From Octopus vulgaris (taxonomy: Eukaryota), in NCBI GenBank assembly GCA_951406725.2, contig OX597818.1:11036001-11100000 (forward strand): DNA of 64,000 nt, written 5' to 3'. A program made the translations under genes and the position numbers. This document shows positions 51,546 through 64,000 of this stretch, one piece after another. The notes beneath the pieces were generated by a model. The model was not told the origin of the DNA. It made no database searches and saw nothing but the letters and a program-made list of their open reading frames with translations. Numbering within the stretch: the first letter of the stretch is position 1; every line of letters starts with the position of its first letter.

Positions 51546-54500
51546 ATTACAACTATGTAATATTGTAGATGGTGTCACCTGCTTTTCATCTAATGGTTAT
51601 TTCTTTTTTTTCCCCTCCAACAATATAGTCATTGTTATTACCTTCTATTTGTTTAGATAATTGTTTGTAGTCTTTATATCTCATGGCATTGTTTTCTTCA
51701 AAATTCAGCTGTTCTTGTTTATGCAAGCAAACTCTTGCAATTTCTCATTTTTATTTTATATATAAAACTTTCTAGTATTTATTAATAGCTTAACATTTAT
51801 TTATTTTCTTTTTTTACTCTCTTCCTTCCTGTCATAAATGATTTCTGACATAGGCACATAAAAACATTCCTAATATGGCGTGGGTGGGGAACATATAGCG
51901 AATTATACCAAGCTTAGTACTTTACCACCATTTGTTTTATTAAGGATCAAAGGCAAAACTGACCTTAGTAGCATTTGAACTCAGGTTGTTAAAAGAGATG
52001 TAAATAAATTCTGCTAGGCGTTTTTACCATTGCTCTACTGATTTTCCCAATCTAGTACCTTCCTATTAATTATTGATCCATATAGCTTCCATACGAAGAA
52101 ATTATTTAGCAACTTTCTCTGTAATGTTGTTAGCATACAAGTATTTCAAAGACGCTTCATATAAACAGCTGTTGTTGACATCAGGAAATTTTCTGGGTAA
52201 ACTAGGATGAGTGAAGTGCTGTGCTGTGGCCAGTTTTTCTGACTGTATGAATAGAACATGACTCTTTCTATTTAGCAACCAAATTTCCTTTTGCAGCCAG
52301 CTCTATTGTCTTTCAACTGATGTTCACCAACAGATCTTCATTCTATATATTCTGGATTCTCTCAAGAATCACCTTTCACACTGAACGTCTTCATAAATGA
52401 TTCTCAATCTTACAGAGTTTCTTTGTTCTTTTGTTAACAATTCATTCTTGACAACTAACAACTGTTTCTTCTTTCTTCTCCACTTTTGAGTTCTACTCAG
52501 ACAAAACTAGTTTCCATTCAGTTTTGGTTGACTTTTAGATCTCTGCTTTCTACATATAGCTTAATTGTGTGAACTACCGAACTCCCACCCCCCTCTACCT
52601 ACCTACTCCAAATGCTATTAATAATGCTTCTTTGAACATTTACGAACATGTGGAGTAACTGCCCCAAAAGAAAAGAATGTAAGAAAACTCTTTGAATTTT
52701 CTAGGGAGCTTTTAATAGATTTTTATTGGTTAAAGATAAAAGGAGTCTGCCAAAATATTTACTATAGCTTTTAACAGGCAATTGTCCAATGTTTAGCTAA
52801 TTATGAATTAACCACTAAGATTTTATTGGGAATTATATTAAAAACTATAAGCAGTGATTTGAGAGAGAAAATGGTAACTTGTCTGCTTACAGAATCTGAA
52901 CCTCACACCTATTGCTTAACAGAGGACTATGTTACTAAATACACTACACATAGACTGCCAATGCCCTCTCTGTGAAATGAGGTACTTTGACCAATTTCAC
53001 TATGCTGGACATGAAGCAAAATAACCTATCTTGCTAGTACTGAGTAAATGAAAATTATCTTCGAGATCAGAAAAAAAAAAATTTATAGTCTCTAATTTAA
53101 GAAGGTGGAAAGATAGAAGATGTGGTGTATAACAAGTAAGGCAGCAGTCTACTGTAAAGTAATAAATGTGTAGGTTTTGCTTTGTCAGCACAGAGTTGGT
53201 CTTTTCTGGCTCAAATTTTGCTTATAATGTTTTAATATCACTTGTAGTAAATACTTCAACAAATATAATGGCTTAATTATTTCTTCTCTTTGTTAATTTG
53301 GTCCAAGACATCTTATATTCAAGCAATAGAAGCCATATATGAGGCAAGATATTTTATAACAACATTGTTGAATTCTTCAATATTTGTTGCCATATTTCTG
53401 GATAAAAGCTACAAATGTAACATAGAAAGAAGTCAAAAAAATATTGTATTGACGAAAAGAAATTAGTCTGAACTAATAAATGTCTCTCATTATTAATGTT
53501 CTTGCTGTCCTCCTTGAATAATATTTCATAATTTTTTGTTTGTCATCATTAAAGTGGTGAGCTGGCAGAATCTTAGCATGCCTGGCAAAATGTGTAGCAA
53601 CATCTCTCCTTATTTTCTGAGTTCAAACTCAGCCAAGGTCTATATTACCTTTCATTCTTTGAAGGTCACTAGATAAGTACCATTTGGCGATATGCCATGC
53701 TTGAGATGTCCTGTCAAACCAAGTGAAATCATTGTTGTGGTCAATGCCAGTGTCATGTGACTGGCATCCATTACACTCTTTGAGTAGTTGGTGTTAGGAA
53801 GGGCATCTAGGTATAGAAACCATACCAAATCAGATTGGAACCTTGTGTAGCCCTACAGTTACCAGTTTCAGTCAAACCATCTAACCCATGCCAGCATGGA
53901 AAGCAGATGTTAAATGATGCTGATGCTGATGCTAAGCACTGGGGTCAATGTAATCAACTTACTCCTCCTCCAAATTTGCTGGCCTTGTGCCAAAAGTTGA
54001 AACCATTATTTTTGTCATCATTAACATGGTGGATTGGCATTGGAGAAATGTTATGTTTATGCTTGAAATCCTTATTTTTGTCATAGTTTTTAATAACCAA
54101 TTTTTCATTATTTATATAGACTTGGACACATCTGCAAAACATTATCTCACCATAAATTTTTGTACCTGTAATGTTCTCTGATGTGAATTGGAGAACTATA
54201 ACTTTATTTTGGGTAGTAGACTCAATCTGTTTTCTCTTTAACACTACTACCTGGCCATTTGGTACCTTTTAGCAGTATTCTCTCTGTTGTAAGCATTCAG
54301 ACCAGGTCACTAATCTTGAGGTTAGATAATTGGATGTCTTGATGAGCAGCTTCCTACTGCACTAACCTATTATTTGCATCTCATTTAATTTTTCCTCTCT
54401 TTAGCTTTTGTAGGCCTTTCAATGAAAGGTCATTGGTTTCATACTTCCTTTTCTCATTCTTTTGATTAAGCCATTGAAAAAAAAAAATAAATAAATAAAA

Positions 54501-54762
54501 TTCAAAATTGTTCCAAAGCTAATGCTTTCCTTGATACAACAGACTGTCATCACTTGGCTTAGCTATAGTCATACAGTTCCTTATGACTATAGCTAGTCAG
54601 TAACAGTCATATATTCTTTCTTACCAAAGTGAAAGTTGTTTTTGTATGTTTAAATTTACATTTTACATATGTTGATGTTATTGTTTTATTATTTTTTTTA
54701 TTACATGATATATTTTTGTATAATTATACCTATTTTAAATTCTTTCTTTTCTCTCTTGGTAG

Positions 54763-55074
54763 GAAAATTACCAAACCCTCGTATCCTGGAACATCCAAAG
54801 GATAGCTACGCTGCCAGAATGACACCAGTCAAATTAAACTGTCGAGCTGAAGGCGATCCAAAGCCATTGATTACCTGGTACCGGAATGGTGCCAAGGTAA
54901 TCACAACAGATGATGACTCTGACTCTAACAAAATGTTAGTTGATGGCGGAGCATTGTTCTTCTTGCAGGTCATGCACTCTAAATCTCACAAAACAGATCT
55001 CGGAATCTACTATTGTAATGCCACAAATATACATGGAACAGCTCTTAGTCAAAATGCTACATTAACGTTAGCAA
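54763..55074 (+). CDS. robo: Internal coding exon of a Roundabout (Robo) receptor, Ig domain 1
   Basis: A polypyrimidine tract plus TAG acceptor (AG 54761-54762) and a GTAAGT donor (55075-55080) bound 312 nt, phase 1 at both ends as is typical of Ig exons. The translation KLPNPRILEHPKDSYAARMTPVKLNCRAEGDPKPLITWYRNGAKVITTDDDSDSNKMLVDGGALFFLQVMHSKSHKTDLGIYYCNATNIHGTALSQNATLTLA aligns end to end with Robo Ig1 (PRIVEHP...LNCKAEG.P.P.I.WYK.G...LFFL...D.G.Y.C.A.N..G.A.S.NASL.VA). No other robo exon was recognised in the window. Confidence 0.93.
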
Positions 55075-57111
55075 GTAAGTAAAAATTTTCATAATTTTTA
55101 CATGTGGTTTTCTGAGGCTCCTTTGTATTCTTACTGGACTGTCACTCATTCGTCTGCTATTTCTTCATCTTAGCCCAAATCACTTAGTTCTCTAACAATT
55201 GTGTCTATTATAATTCCATCATTGTTACTGCTGTCAGTATTTTCCCTTTTCAGTGATTATTCCCCTCTTCAAAATACAATAACATTAGTTTGTTGTTGTT
55301 TTTTTAACCCAAGATTACTCTTGATCATGTATATTTATACTCAAACATATTTCAGCTATGACCATCTCATCTATTTAGACATAGTGTATCTAGAGCTGTG
55401 TTACCCAGTGTGCCTACTCTTTGAAGACAGTTGTGTAATATTTGAAGCATGATTTCACTGCTATTCTTATCAGGTTGAAGATCAATGTGAGCTGATTTAC
55501 CATTGGCAAGGGACTTATATTGCAGAATTAACTCCTTGTCCACTCTAACTTCTCCACCTGGCTCTTGGATGCCTTTTAAGCATTTGGGGCTAGGCTTCTG
55601 GTCTGAAGTTAATTTCATTTCACAAGTCTTGGTGGCCTTGTGAAAGTCACTGGATATTGCTTTTCCTTCTCTGACTAAGCCTTACAAAATAATAAACAAA
55701 GCAAGGAAAAGAAAACAAAAATCTTTCATGAAAAACATTCATACATCAATTTAGGCTTAATTCTGCTTTTTTTCTTTTTCCTTGTGTTTGTGAAAAAACT
55801 GGGAAATGGATTGCTTCTTAGCAAATGAATAAGGAATTGATAAAAATTACCCACCCCTAGTAAACAAACTGGAGCAGAAGGTGGGTGGACACGCAAGGAA
55901 AATAAAATAAAGATAAGTGAACAGATATCTAAAATTATCTGTGACTGAAATCTTATGTCATTCTTTAAATCTCTGAAATGTATTCCTATTCCTTTCATCT
56001 TTAGAAGGAGAAAAAAAAAAATAGATAAATAAATACTTGATAAATAATAAGAGTAATAATAATAATAATAATGAGCCTAATACTAATAATATTAATGCAC
56101 AAGATTAATATTAATAATAATTATGAACTATAATAAGTGACTTAGTAACAAACTTCTTCAAGACACTGTCTGAGAAAGGTGAGTTAACTTTGTGGAGTCA
56201 GCAGTGCTGTATTGAACAATGTTTTAAATGAGTTGCTGACCTCAATAGAAATGGATTCGTTAATGGGAAGCATTCGCTAATGTATTTGGTTTTTGAAATT
56301 CTAACTCACTGTGTCACATTCTCTAAAATTCTTTTCTTAATTATTATTTTAAATTAACCACGATTCAGAGTTCTTACAATTAGGCTATCAACTGCAAATA
56401 CATGCATATGCAATGTGTGTGTATATGCATATATGATGTATGCACACATGCACACGCATTTACATAATTTCTGCATACTTATATACACATATGTCTTTAT
56501 ATAAGTGTGTATATGTTTATGTTCTTCAATAAGATTATGCATCTATATTGTCATCGTCATAAATATTGATATATAAAACTAGATATACTCACATGTATTC
56601 ATACATACACACACTTACACTTATGTACACAGATATGTATTATCATCATCATAATCATGAGTGCGTGGTTCTGTTGTTCGTTAAAAATGGTTAAATATAT
56701 TGTAGAAATGTATGATGTGGCTTTCTGACAATTACCGTTGTTAAACTTCAAAGAGCAATTCTAAACTTCTGTTATTTCATTAAATGTGCTTTAAACTCAT
56801 TTAATGAATGCTGGCATTCTATATAATTAATAACTGTTCATCAATAAGCTTCTCTACTGTAGCTGTTCATCAGATTCTATAATGATTTAGTTTAGAATTT
56901 CTTAGAAAAGAATACAGTTAATATCAATACTGAAGGTCTGTTGTTCTAATTTTTCCTATGACAATTTATTTTTCTTTTTGCCTCCTCCAGATTTCTTCAT
57001 TGGGTCACTTAAAACAACAGCAACAGTTATTACCATTAAAAAAAAACCATATAAGAAGTGTTTAAGTTGGTATGACACAAGATAAAATACTTACGAATAT
57101 TCTATAGCACC

Positions 57112-57322
57112 TAGGTAGTGAGCTGGCAGAATCATTAACATGCCAGGAAAAACGCTTAGAGGCATTTTTTCTGTCTTTACATTCTGAGTTCAAATCCTGT
57201 TAAGGTAGACTTTACTTTTCATCCCTTCGGGGCTGGTAAAATAAGTATCAGTTGAAAACTGGGGTCAATGTAATTGGCTTACCCCTTCCTCCAAATTGGC
57301 CTTAGACCAAAATTTGAAGCCA
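57112..57322 (+). mobile_element. SINE family B
   Basis: Collinear with 23993-24210. Further copies lie at about 7440-7620(-), 8920-9055(-), 9480-9680(-), 26760-26950(-) and 53550-54005(+, interrupted). Confidence 0.82.
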
Positions 57323-57774
57323 ATATTCCATAGCTCCATCTTGATAAAGGACAGTTATCTAGCAAATTTTAGTCTACTGCATCATCAGTCAATGGCAAAA
57401 TGGTTGTGTTCATAGTGTTAGATAGAATGTCTTGTATGCTTTATAAAAACATTAAATCAAACAAGGTATTTAACTGGTACTTTATTTTATCAACTCCAGA
57501 GGGGAGTGTAAAGAGTCGTTGACTTAATGTTGCCCAGCCTTCTATTTGAATTTCCAACAGTTCTACTCTAAAAATGAATACAAAAGGTGGGACATGATGA
57601 CATGCTGTGAAGAGAAATAATTTGCAGCGCTTATATTGTTTTTTATGCTTTATTAATTTTCTGTAGTAATTTCAAGAGCTGATAATCAGAAGTCTTTCCA
57701 ACCATCGCTAACACATTTTAACCCAACCTGCATGGAAATGAGCATTGCATTACTCAACATGTCTATTTTTACGT

Positions 57775-58180
57775 GTAGGCTCAGGCTTTGTTTATATGGT
57801 TTAAGACGTTTGCTTGCCAATCATATGATTTTAGGTTTAGTTCCACTAAATGGCACCTAGAACCCCAGGCCAGTCAAAATGTTGTTGAGTGGATTTTGTA
57901 GGTGGAAACTGAAAGAAGCTCTTCATGTGTATCTTGTTTGTTTGTGTTAATGTGTCTTGACATCATGTGATAGTTGTAAACGTGTGTCACCATCCTACAA
58001 ATAGTGTCATTCAGTTTTATTTTTTTGTGAAACTATGTTTGGCCATAGAGAAATATTTCCTTGCTTGGAAATAGGTGAGGATTGGGGACAGGAAGTGATG
58101 CAATCACAGAAAATTCTGCCTCAATAAGCTTCATCTGAAGAGGATAGAGAACTTGATGTTAAAAAGGTGGTAATGATGAT
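57775..58180 (+). mobile_element. SINE family A2 (family A head plus RTE-like tail)
   Basis: The degenerate A head (...gtggattttgtaggtggaaactgaaagaagc) is followed by cttgacatc...ccttgcttggaaataggtgagg...gatgttaaa (GAT)n. Other copies lie at 28345-28600(+) and 62400-62840(-). Confidence 0.7.
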
Positions 58181-59027
58181 GGGAGTGGTTTGATTTGCAA
58201 GAGATTTGGCTGCTATTTCTACCAGCTTAAGTAATCTTATAGTAATCAATGAGCAGTCAGGTGGGGGTTTTGTGGTAATGGCAGAGAATGAGTAAATTCA
58301 GAAGTGCAAGCTATCCAAATATCCATAAATTATTTAGTTCCACTTACCTGACCCCATAATCATGACTTTGAGTCTTACTTCATACAATCAATATATTTTT
58401 TTCTCTTGAGTAATAAATGCAGCCTTGCTTGTCTCTGTCTGGTGTGATCTACACCAGACTTCACGCCTACTTCATAGTCAATTAGTTAACAGTAGGAAGG
58501 GCGTTCAACTATAACAAAAAAAAAACAAAAAAAAACCAACTTGAATAGTATGCAAATATAAAAAATTACATCAGCAACAGCAAAAATATTTACTTCCATA
58601 CTATCCTTAAAAACAAAATGTTAATAAAACAATTATACATAAAATGAAAATATACTTTAATTTTAATATTTAATTATACAACCTGCTAACTGTGACATTT
58701 TTCTTTATTTGATTGGTCTGGAGGAAAGGGTTGTACCCATGGCCTTTGCAAACCCTCTTGAGACTGGTGAGTAAGCCATAGCTAATATACGAGATATGTC
58801 AGTCAGTATTGCATTTCTATATCATTTCCATCTCTTTATTTTATTTTTCCTGTGCTATTTCTGAACTATAAAGACAGTATATAGTTAGTCTCATACACAA
58901 AACATGTATTTTATAAATTCTTGTTCAGTACCTGCTGCTCCTGTGCCCACGACGTGCCACTGTCAATTAGATTGGCTTAGCTACATTTAGTTTGAAGGAA
59001 AGAGTATAATACCTCATTGAGATAATA

Positions 59028-59064
<37 letters not shown>

Positions 59065-60207
59065 TAATAATAACGATGATGATTATGATGATGATTTCTT
59101 TGAGACTGAAGAAAACAAAACACTACACACACCCCAGGCACACAGGTTTTGCAGTGAAAGCATGCAATATAAATAAGACTACTGAAATAATACTAATACA
59201 TTTTTAGAGATTTCTAAAGAAATTAAAAACAGTTATAGATGTGTAAAGAAAAAGAGAAAAATATAGTAGAGCAAACTATAAATTGAAGGAAAAAATTAAG
59301 AGTATTTCAGTGTTTCAATGGATGCTGCTTTCAAAGTTAAAATTAGTCAGATGAGATGATGATTATCTTGTTTACTGAAGAAATGTTATGTAGACATCCA
59401 CCCATCAATAGATAAATATGTACACACATACATGCGCAAGCATGCACACACACACAGACATATTTTCATTTGTTTGTTTAATGTCCATTTTCCCATATTA
59501 GCAAGTGTTACATGGTGAGTTATTTAAGGCAAGATTTTCAGGCCTGTTACTCTTCCTCTGTCACTAATCCTCATCAGGGTTTTTTAAGTAAAGCACCGTT
59601 TTTTTCATTCTGTTTCATACTGTTTCTGTCTACCATTTTCTCGCATAGCATTGGCTGGCCTGATAGTATCTGAGAAGATACTTGCTCAAAGTGTTATATT
59701 GTTTGTGTGTGTGTGTGTTATAGTCCCTCAAATACACAGCAAAGATAGAGACATGAATCATGAGATGCATAAAGAGAAAATGTAGGAACACCACAACTCA
59801 CAAAAGAGAGACATCATGATGACTGATTTAAAGGATTATGGTGATTGTTTTATCACAGACGGTGCCCAACTGACCCTAATATACTGTGTGGTCAACAAAA
59901 TCAAAAGCAATTAATGTGCATGCACGAAATAAACGATATAAATGGGTGACAGTTTAACCATTGCACCTTGTGTATGTATGTGTATATATATATTTCTCTT
60001 ACTTTTATTCTTTGTTCCCATTTAATTTTCAAAATGTTTTTATTGCCTTTCTGCTATTTCTCTTCCATTATTTGCCTCTCACTCATTAATTCTTTAGTGA
60101 AAGAAGGACATCCAGATACTGTGACATTTTTTGGGGAGCATCTGAAATTCTTTAGGGGAAAAAAATAGATCACTATTTTGTGGGTTGCTCCAGTTAGAAG
60201 CAGTGCA

Positions 60208-60432
60208 TTAACCCATTAACATTTAAACCAACTATATCTGGCCCTAAATATTTTACCATTTTTATGTTCAAACCTGTTCTGGCCTCTCACACCTACCCTA
60301 CATTGTCATTGTAGAAATAAACAAGCACATCATTGAAACCTCAAAACCATAGGATAATGCATGATTAATCTAGAACAATGTGAATAAATATGCATTAATT
60401 TGATGGATTAATTTGATTGACAAAAGGATTGA
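60208..60432. mobile_element. piggyBac-like MITE, same family as 16791
   Basis: TTAAcccattaacatttaaacc...cacacctaccctacattgtcatt...gcatgattaat is collinear with 16791-17018. Confidence 0.65.
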
Positions 60433-61341
60433 TGTATCATTCTCTCTCCAGACCAGAGCTCATGACAGATCCAACGTGTGTATGGGAGTAGATCCCATTT
60501 AAGGCTCTAAAAAAATCAGTGGATGATATTAAACTGATGAACAGATTAGGTCTATCAAGAATATTTATAGTGTGACAAACTTCCATACAATATCTAGCTA
60601 ACTGTTTGATTCATGTGGCTTGCATCTACTTGATGCTATGGTAGGAGGTTTGCTGTACCTAAGGTGCCATTCTCAGGAAATGAACCTGGAACCACATGAT
60701 TGCTAAGCAAACTTCTTGACTATGTAGCCATTCAATTCCCATTTATCTCCTTCTTCTGCAGTATGAATGTTCGCTAGCATCAGTATTCGGCAGTCAGTCT
60801 ATGTTGCTCAAATCCCATTCCAAGCATTGACATGGCAATCTACTTAAAATTTATTTGCTTCATTAACAATCCATGTTTCTTTCGAATGAAAAAAAACATT
60901 TAGACGAAAGAGAAAAGAAGTAAGAACATGAAGTTCTATTATTCAAAATGACCAGTTTGCATTGTATATGATTGTTAGGAAATGGTAAAAGCTTTCAATC
61001 TCCCTGAGATTCTATGGTAAATAGCAGGCTTATTGGTTTCAGTAAAACTTAGAATTTGATTAACTGTGGTATGAAGTGACTCTTGTAAGTTAACTTTAAA
61101 CCATCATTTCAGTACATTCCTGACTACATTTATCAGTAAATAACACATACCATTTCTACTTGTATTATATATTATAGGCGTCAGTCTGTTATTATAGAAA
61201 TATTTCACTATTTTCCTCATCTACATTATCTATGTTATCTTCATTACTTGTAACATATTTCATCAGGCAGTTTTTCTGATTTTTCTAATTAAACTTATAA
61301 TGATGATAATAATAATGATGATAATAATAATAATGATGATG

Positions 61342-61393
<52 letters not shown>

Positions 61394-62399
61394 TTGAATA
61401 AAACAAGCAAAGAAAGACAAGTAACACGATTGCCAAAAACCAAATTTAGAATCATTTCTCAGTGTTTTTTTTTCCTTCCTTTTACAATTCCAATATTTAG
61501 ACTTCTGGCTACATCTCTAAAACACTATATATGTGTGTGTATATGTTCATATATGTGTGTGTGTGTGTGTGAGTCTATGTGTATGTGCAGAGAGAGAGAG
61601 AGAGAGAGGGGGAAATAGAGAAATGTGTGTGTGTTTGGCTGTTTACACACAGATACACATGTATCTAATATTCGTGCACGAGCATGCATGCAACAGATTT
61701 TTCTGGAATGCATGATCTTATGCTATTTCTGAAAATTCCCTGCAAAGCAAGAGCCATGATTACAAAATGATGGAAAAGAAAAAAAGAAAAATATAACAGC
61801 AAACAAAATTACTATAAATAAATAAATAAATACAAATGTTAACAATAATAATAAATGAAAATAAAATTTTCGCAATGAACATTTCACATGTAGAAATATG
61901 TGCATTTGTTCATTATTCATTCATTCAGTTACATGCGCGCACGCACACACACATGCACACACTCCTCTCTTGGTTTTGTTCTTTTAAGCAATTTATTAAA
62001 GTTCATCTTACCCACCTCTTCTGCCAACACTGCCCCACCTTCTCAAATAGCTGGTATTTTTTGATAATGAATTTATACAACAGTTGATTATAGGTAAAAA
62101 TTTAATAAATAAATCATGTGTGTATATGTGTGTGTGTGTGTATGTGTGTATGAAAGCAGCAAAAAATAAAAAAGTATTTTTTTTTTGTCTTTGATGAATG
62201 TTCTTGGGTTTTCTTTATTGTTATGTTAATGGACATTTTTTTTATGAGTTAATGAAATCTTTATTGCTAGTAAAGATCTTATTAGTAAATCATTAAATTA
62301 AATTTTTATAAGCCAAGGAAAACTTACATATTTTCCTCTTATCTCAATTACATAGATCTTAGTGTGTGATGTGTTATACATATATCATCATCACCATCA

Positions 62400-62840
62400 T
62401 CATTGTCATCATCATCATCATTGTCTTCTTAATTTTTAGATCAGCTTTTCCATGCTTGCATAGGTCATATGAAATTCATTGAGGCAGATTTTTCTGCAGC
62501 CATAATCCCCCTCTGTTGCCAACCCTCATCTATTTCCAAGCAAGGTGACATTTCTCTATCTTGAAGCATGTTTTCCAAAGAAAACTGGAGAGGAATAGCA
62601 TTGCTTGTATGAGGATTTTGCAAGTTTACAACTGTTATTGATGTCACGACAGAGTGTATACTCACATGGAGGTACACACACACACACACACAGACACACA
62701 GAATGGGCTCTTTTAAGTTTCTGTCTGTTATATACATACACAAGACCTCGATCAGCAGACATTTGGTCAAGGTGCTGAGCTTTAGGACTAAACTGAAAAA
62801 GCATGTCATCAGTAAGGGAACTTCTTAACCACACAGCTTT
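62400..62840 (-). mobile_element. SINE family A2
   Basis: Reverse copy running from (CAT)n through ttttccatgcttgcat to cttcttaaccacacagc. Confidence 0.7.
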
Positions 62841-62927
62841 AACTATACCTACATATTTGTATGTATGGGTGCACATATGTATATATATATATAGGTATAT
62901 GTGTCCGTGTGTATGTGTGTTTATATA

Positions 62928-63490
62928 GGTGCAGGTGTGGCTGTTGTGTAAGAAGCTTGCTTCCCAACCACATGGTTCTGGTTTCAGTTCCACTGCATGG
63001 CACCTTGAGCAAGTGTCTTGTACTATAGCCTTGGGCCTTGCAAATGGGCCTGGTAGATAGAACCTGAAAGAAGCCCATCATATATATATCTCTTTTACTC
63101 TTTTACTTGTTTCAGTCATTTGACTGCGGCCATGCTGGTGCACCACCTTTAGTCGAATCAAATTGACTCCAGGACTTATTCTTTGTAAACCTAGTACTTA
63201 TTCTATCGGTCTCTTTTGCTGAACCGTAAAGTTACGGGGACGTAAACACACCAGCATTGGTTGACAAGCGATGTTAGGTTGGACAAACACAGACACACAA
63301 ACATATACACACACATACATATATATGACAGGCTTCTTTCAGTTTCCCTCTACCAAATCCACTCACAAGGCTTTGGTTGACCCGAGGCTATAGCAGAAAA
63401 CACTTGCCCAAGGTGCCACGCAATGGGAATGAACCCGGAACTATGTGGTTGGTAAGCAAGCTACTTACCACACAGCCACTCCTGCACCTA
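62928..63490. mobile_element. Two opposed SINE A copies (+ head 62928-63085, - full copy 63088-63490)
   Basis: gtggctgttgtgtaagaagcttgcttcccaaccacatggtt... is followed directly by a full reverse copy ending ccacacagccactcctgcacc. Confidence 0.88.
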
Positions 63491-64000
63491 TAAATATATA
63501 TATATATATATGATGCCTGTCCAACTGTCACTGATTACTAAGAATGCTAAGCACTTACATAAAATTATACTTTACACTTGTTGCTCCCCAGGTGACTAAT
63601 GAGCCCAGCTCTTGATAAACATACACATCTACAAATACTGCAGATTAGACTCTCCCATTTACTACACTGGTGATGCATTTTCAAGCATGAAAAATGCCTG
63701 TTTCTTCAAAAATACACACTCCTTTTATTCTTTCCCTCCATTGGTAGTGATGACAAGCATTGTTTCCCAATTAACAGTCTACATCTCACATTCTGTCAAC
63801 AAGGACTTTATACAATCCTGAAACTGTAGTCTTGATTTCTGCTGGTGGAGGGGGGTCACTTTCCACGAATCAGTTCACCATATACATTCTGCTCAGGGAA
63901 CCTCTGATCATATGTCGGAACTAAATATCCTGTCCAGCTTGACAACTGGTGTTTGTATGTTTATGTCCCCTTAACTTAGCAGTTTGATAAAAGGGCATGA

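Noticed and set aside
54669-54762. N-terminal extension of the 137-aa ORF (MLMLLFYYFF...) resembling a signal peptide
   Set aside because: It is the T-rich intron and polypyrimidine tract ahead of a canonical acceptor, so the hydrophobicity is a composition artefact.
56960-57055. Strong-looking acceptor (ttttctttttgcctcctccag)
   Set aside because: Phase-1 reading gives NFFIGSLKTT... and then a stop, with no Ig2 motif.
58724-58772. Mini-exon candidate (ATGGCC...GACTG|GTGAGT) with an upstream CTAAC
   Set aside because: Lengths of 43 or 38 nt would frameshift, the acceptor is weak, and there is no Robo Ig2 similarity.

Overview
AT-rich eukaryotic DNA packed with microsatellites and repeats. 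The repeat repertoire strongly resembles an octopod cephalopod (Octopus) genome; this is an inference from SINE motifs, not a database result. Only one convincing host coding segment is present: a 312-bp phase-1/phase-1 exon at 54763-55074 (+) encoding the first Ig domain (Slit-binding Ig1) of a Roundabout (Robo) receptor. Most of the window is therefore probably very long robo intron. The rest consists of several tRNA-headed SINE families, decayed LINEs (two RTE lineages, CR1-like, R4/Dong-like RLE), a truncated Penelope-like element (RT plus GIY-YIG) and MITEs (Tc1/mariner, hAT, piggyBac-like). The most striking hidden signal is a set of at least five mutually unrelated short elements carrying type-I hammerhead ribozyme motifs (CUGAnGA...GAAA...NUH). 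Most sit in (TA)n/(CA)n tracts and several are arranged as fold-back inverted repeats. They look like Penelope pseudo-LTR or retrozyme-like remnants. Nearly all ORFs in the supplied track are microsatellite or SINE artefacts. Repeat boundaries were read by eye and are approximate unless stated.
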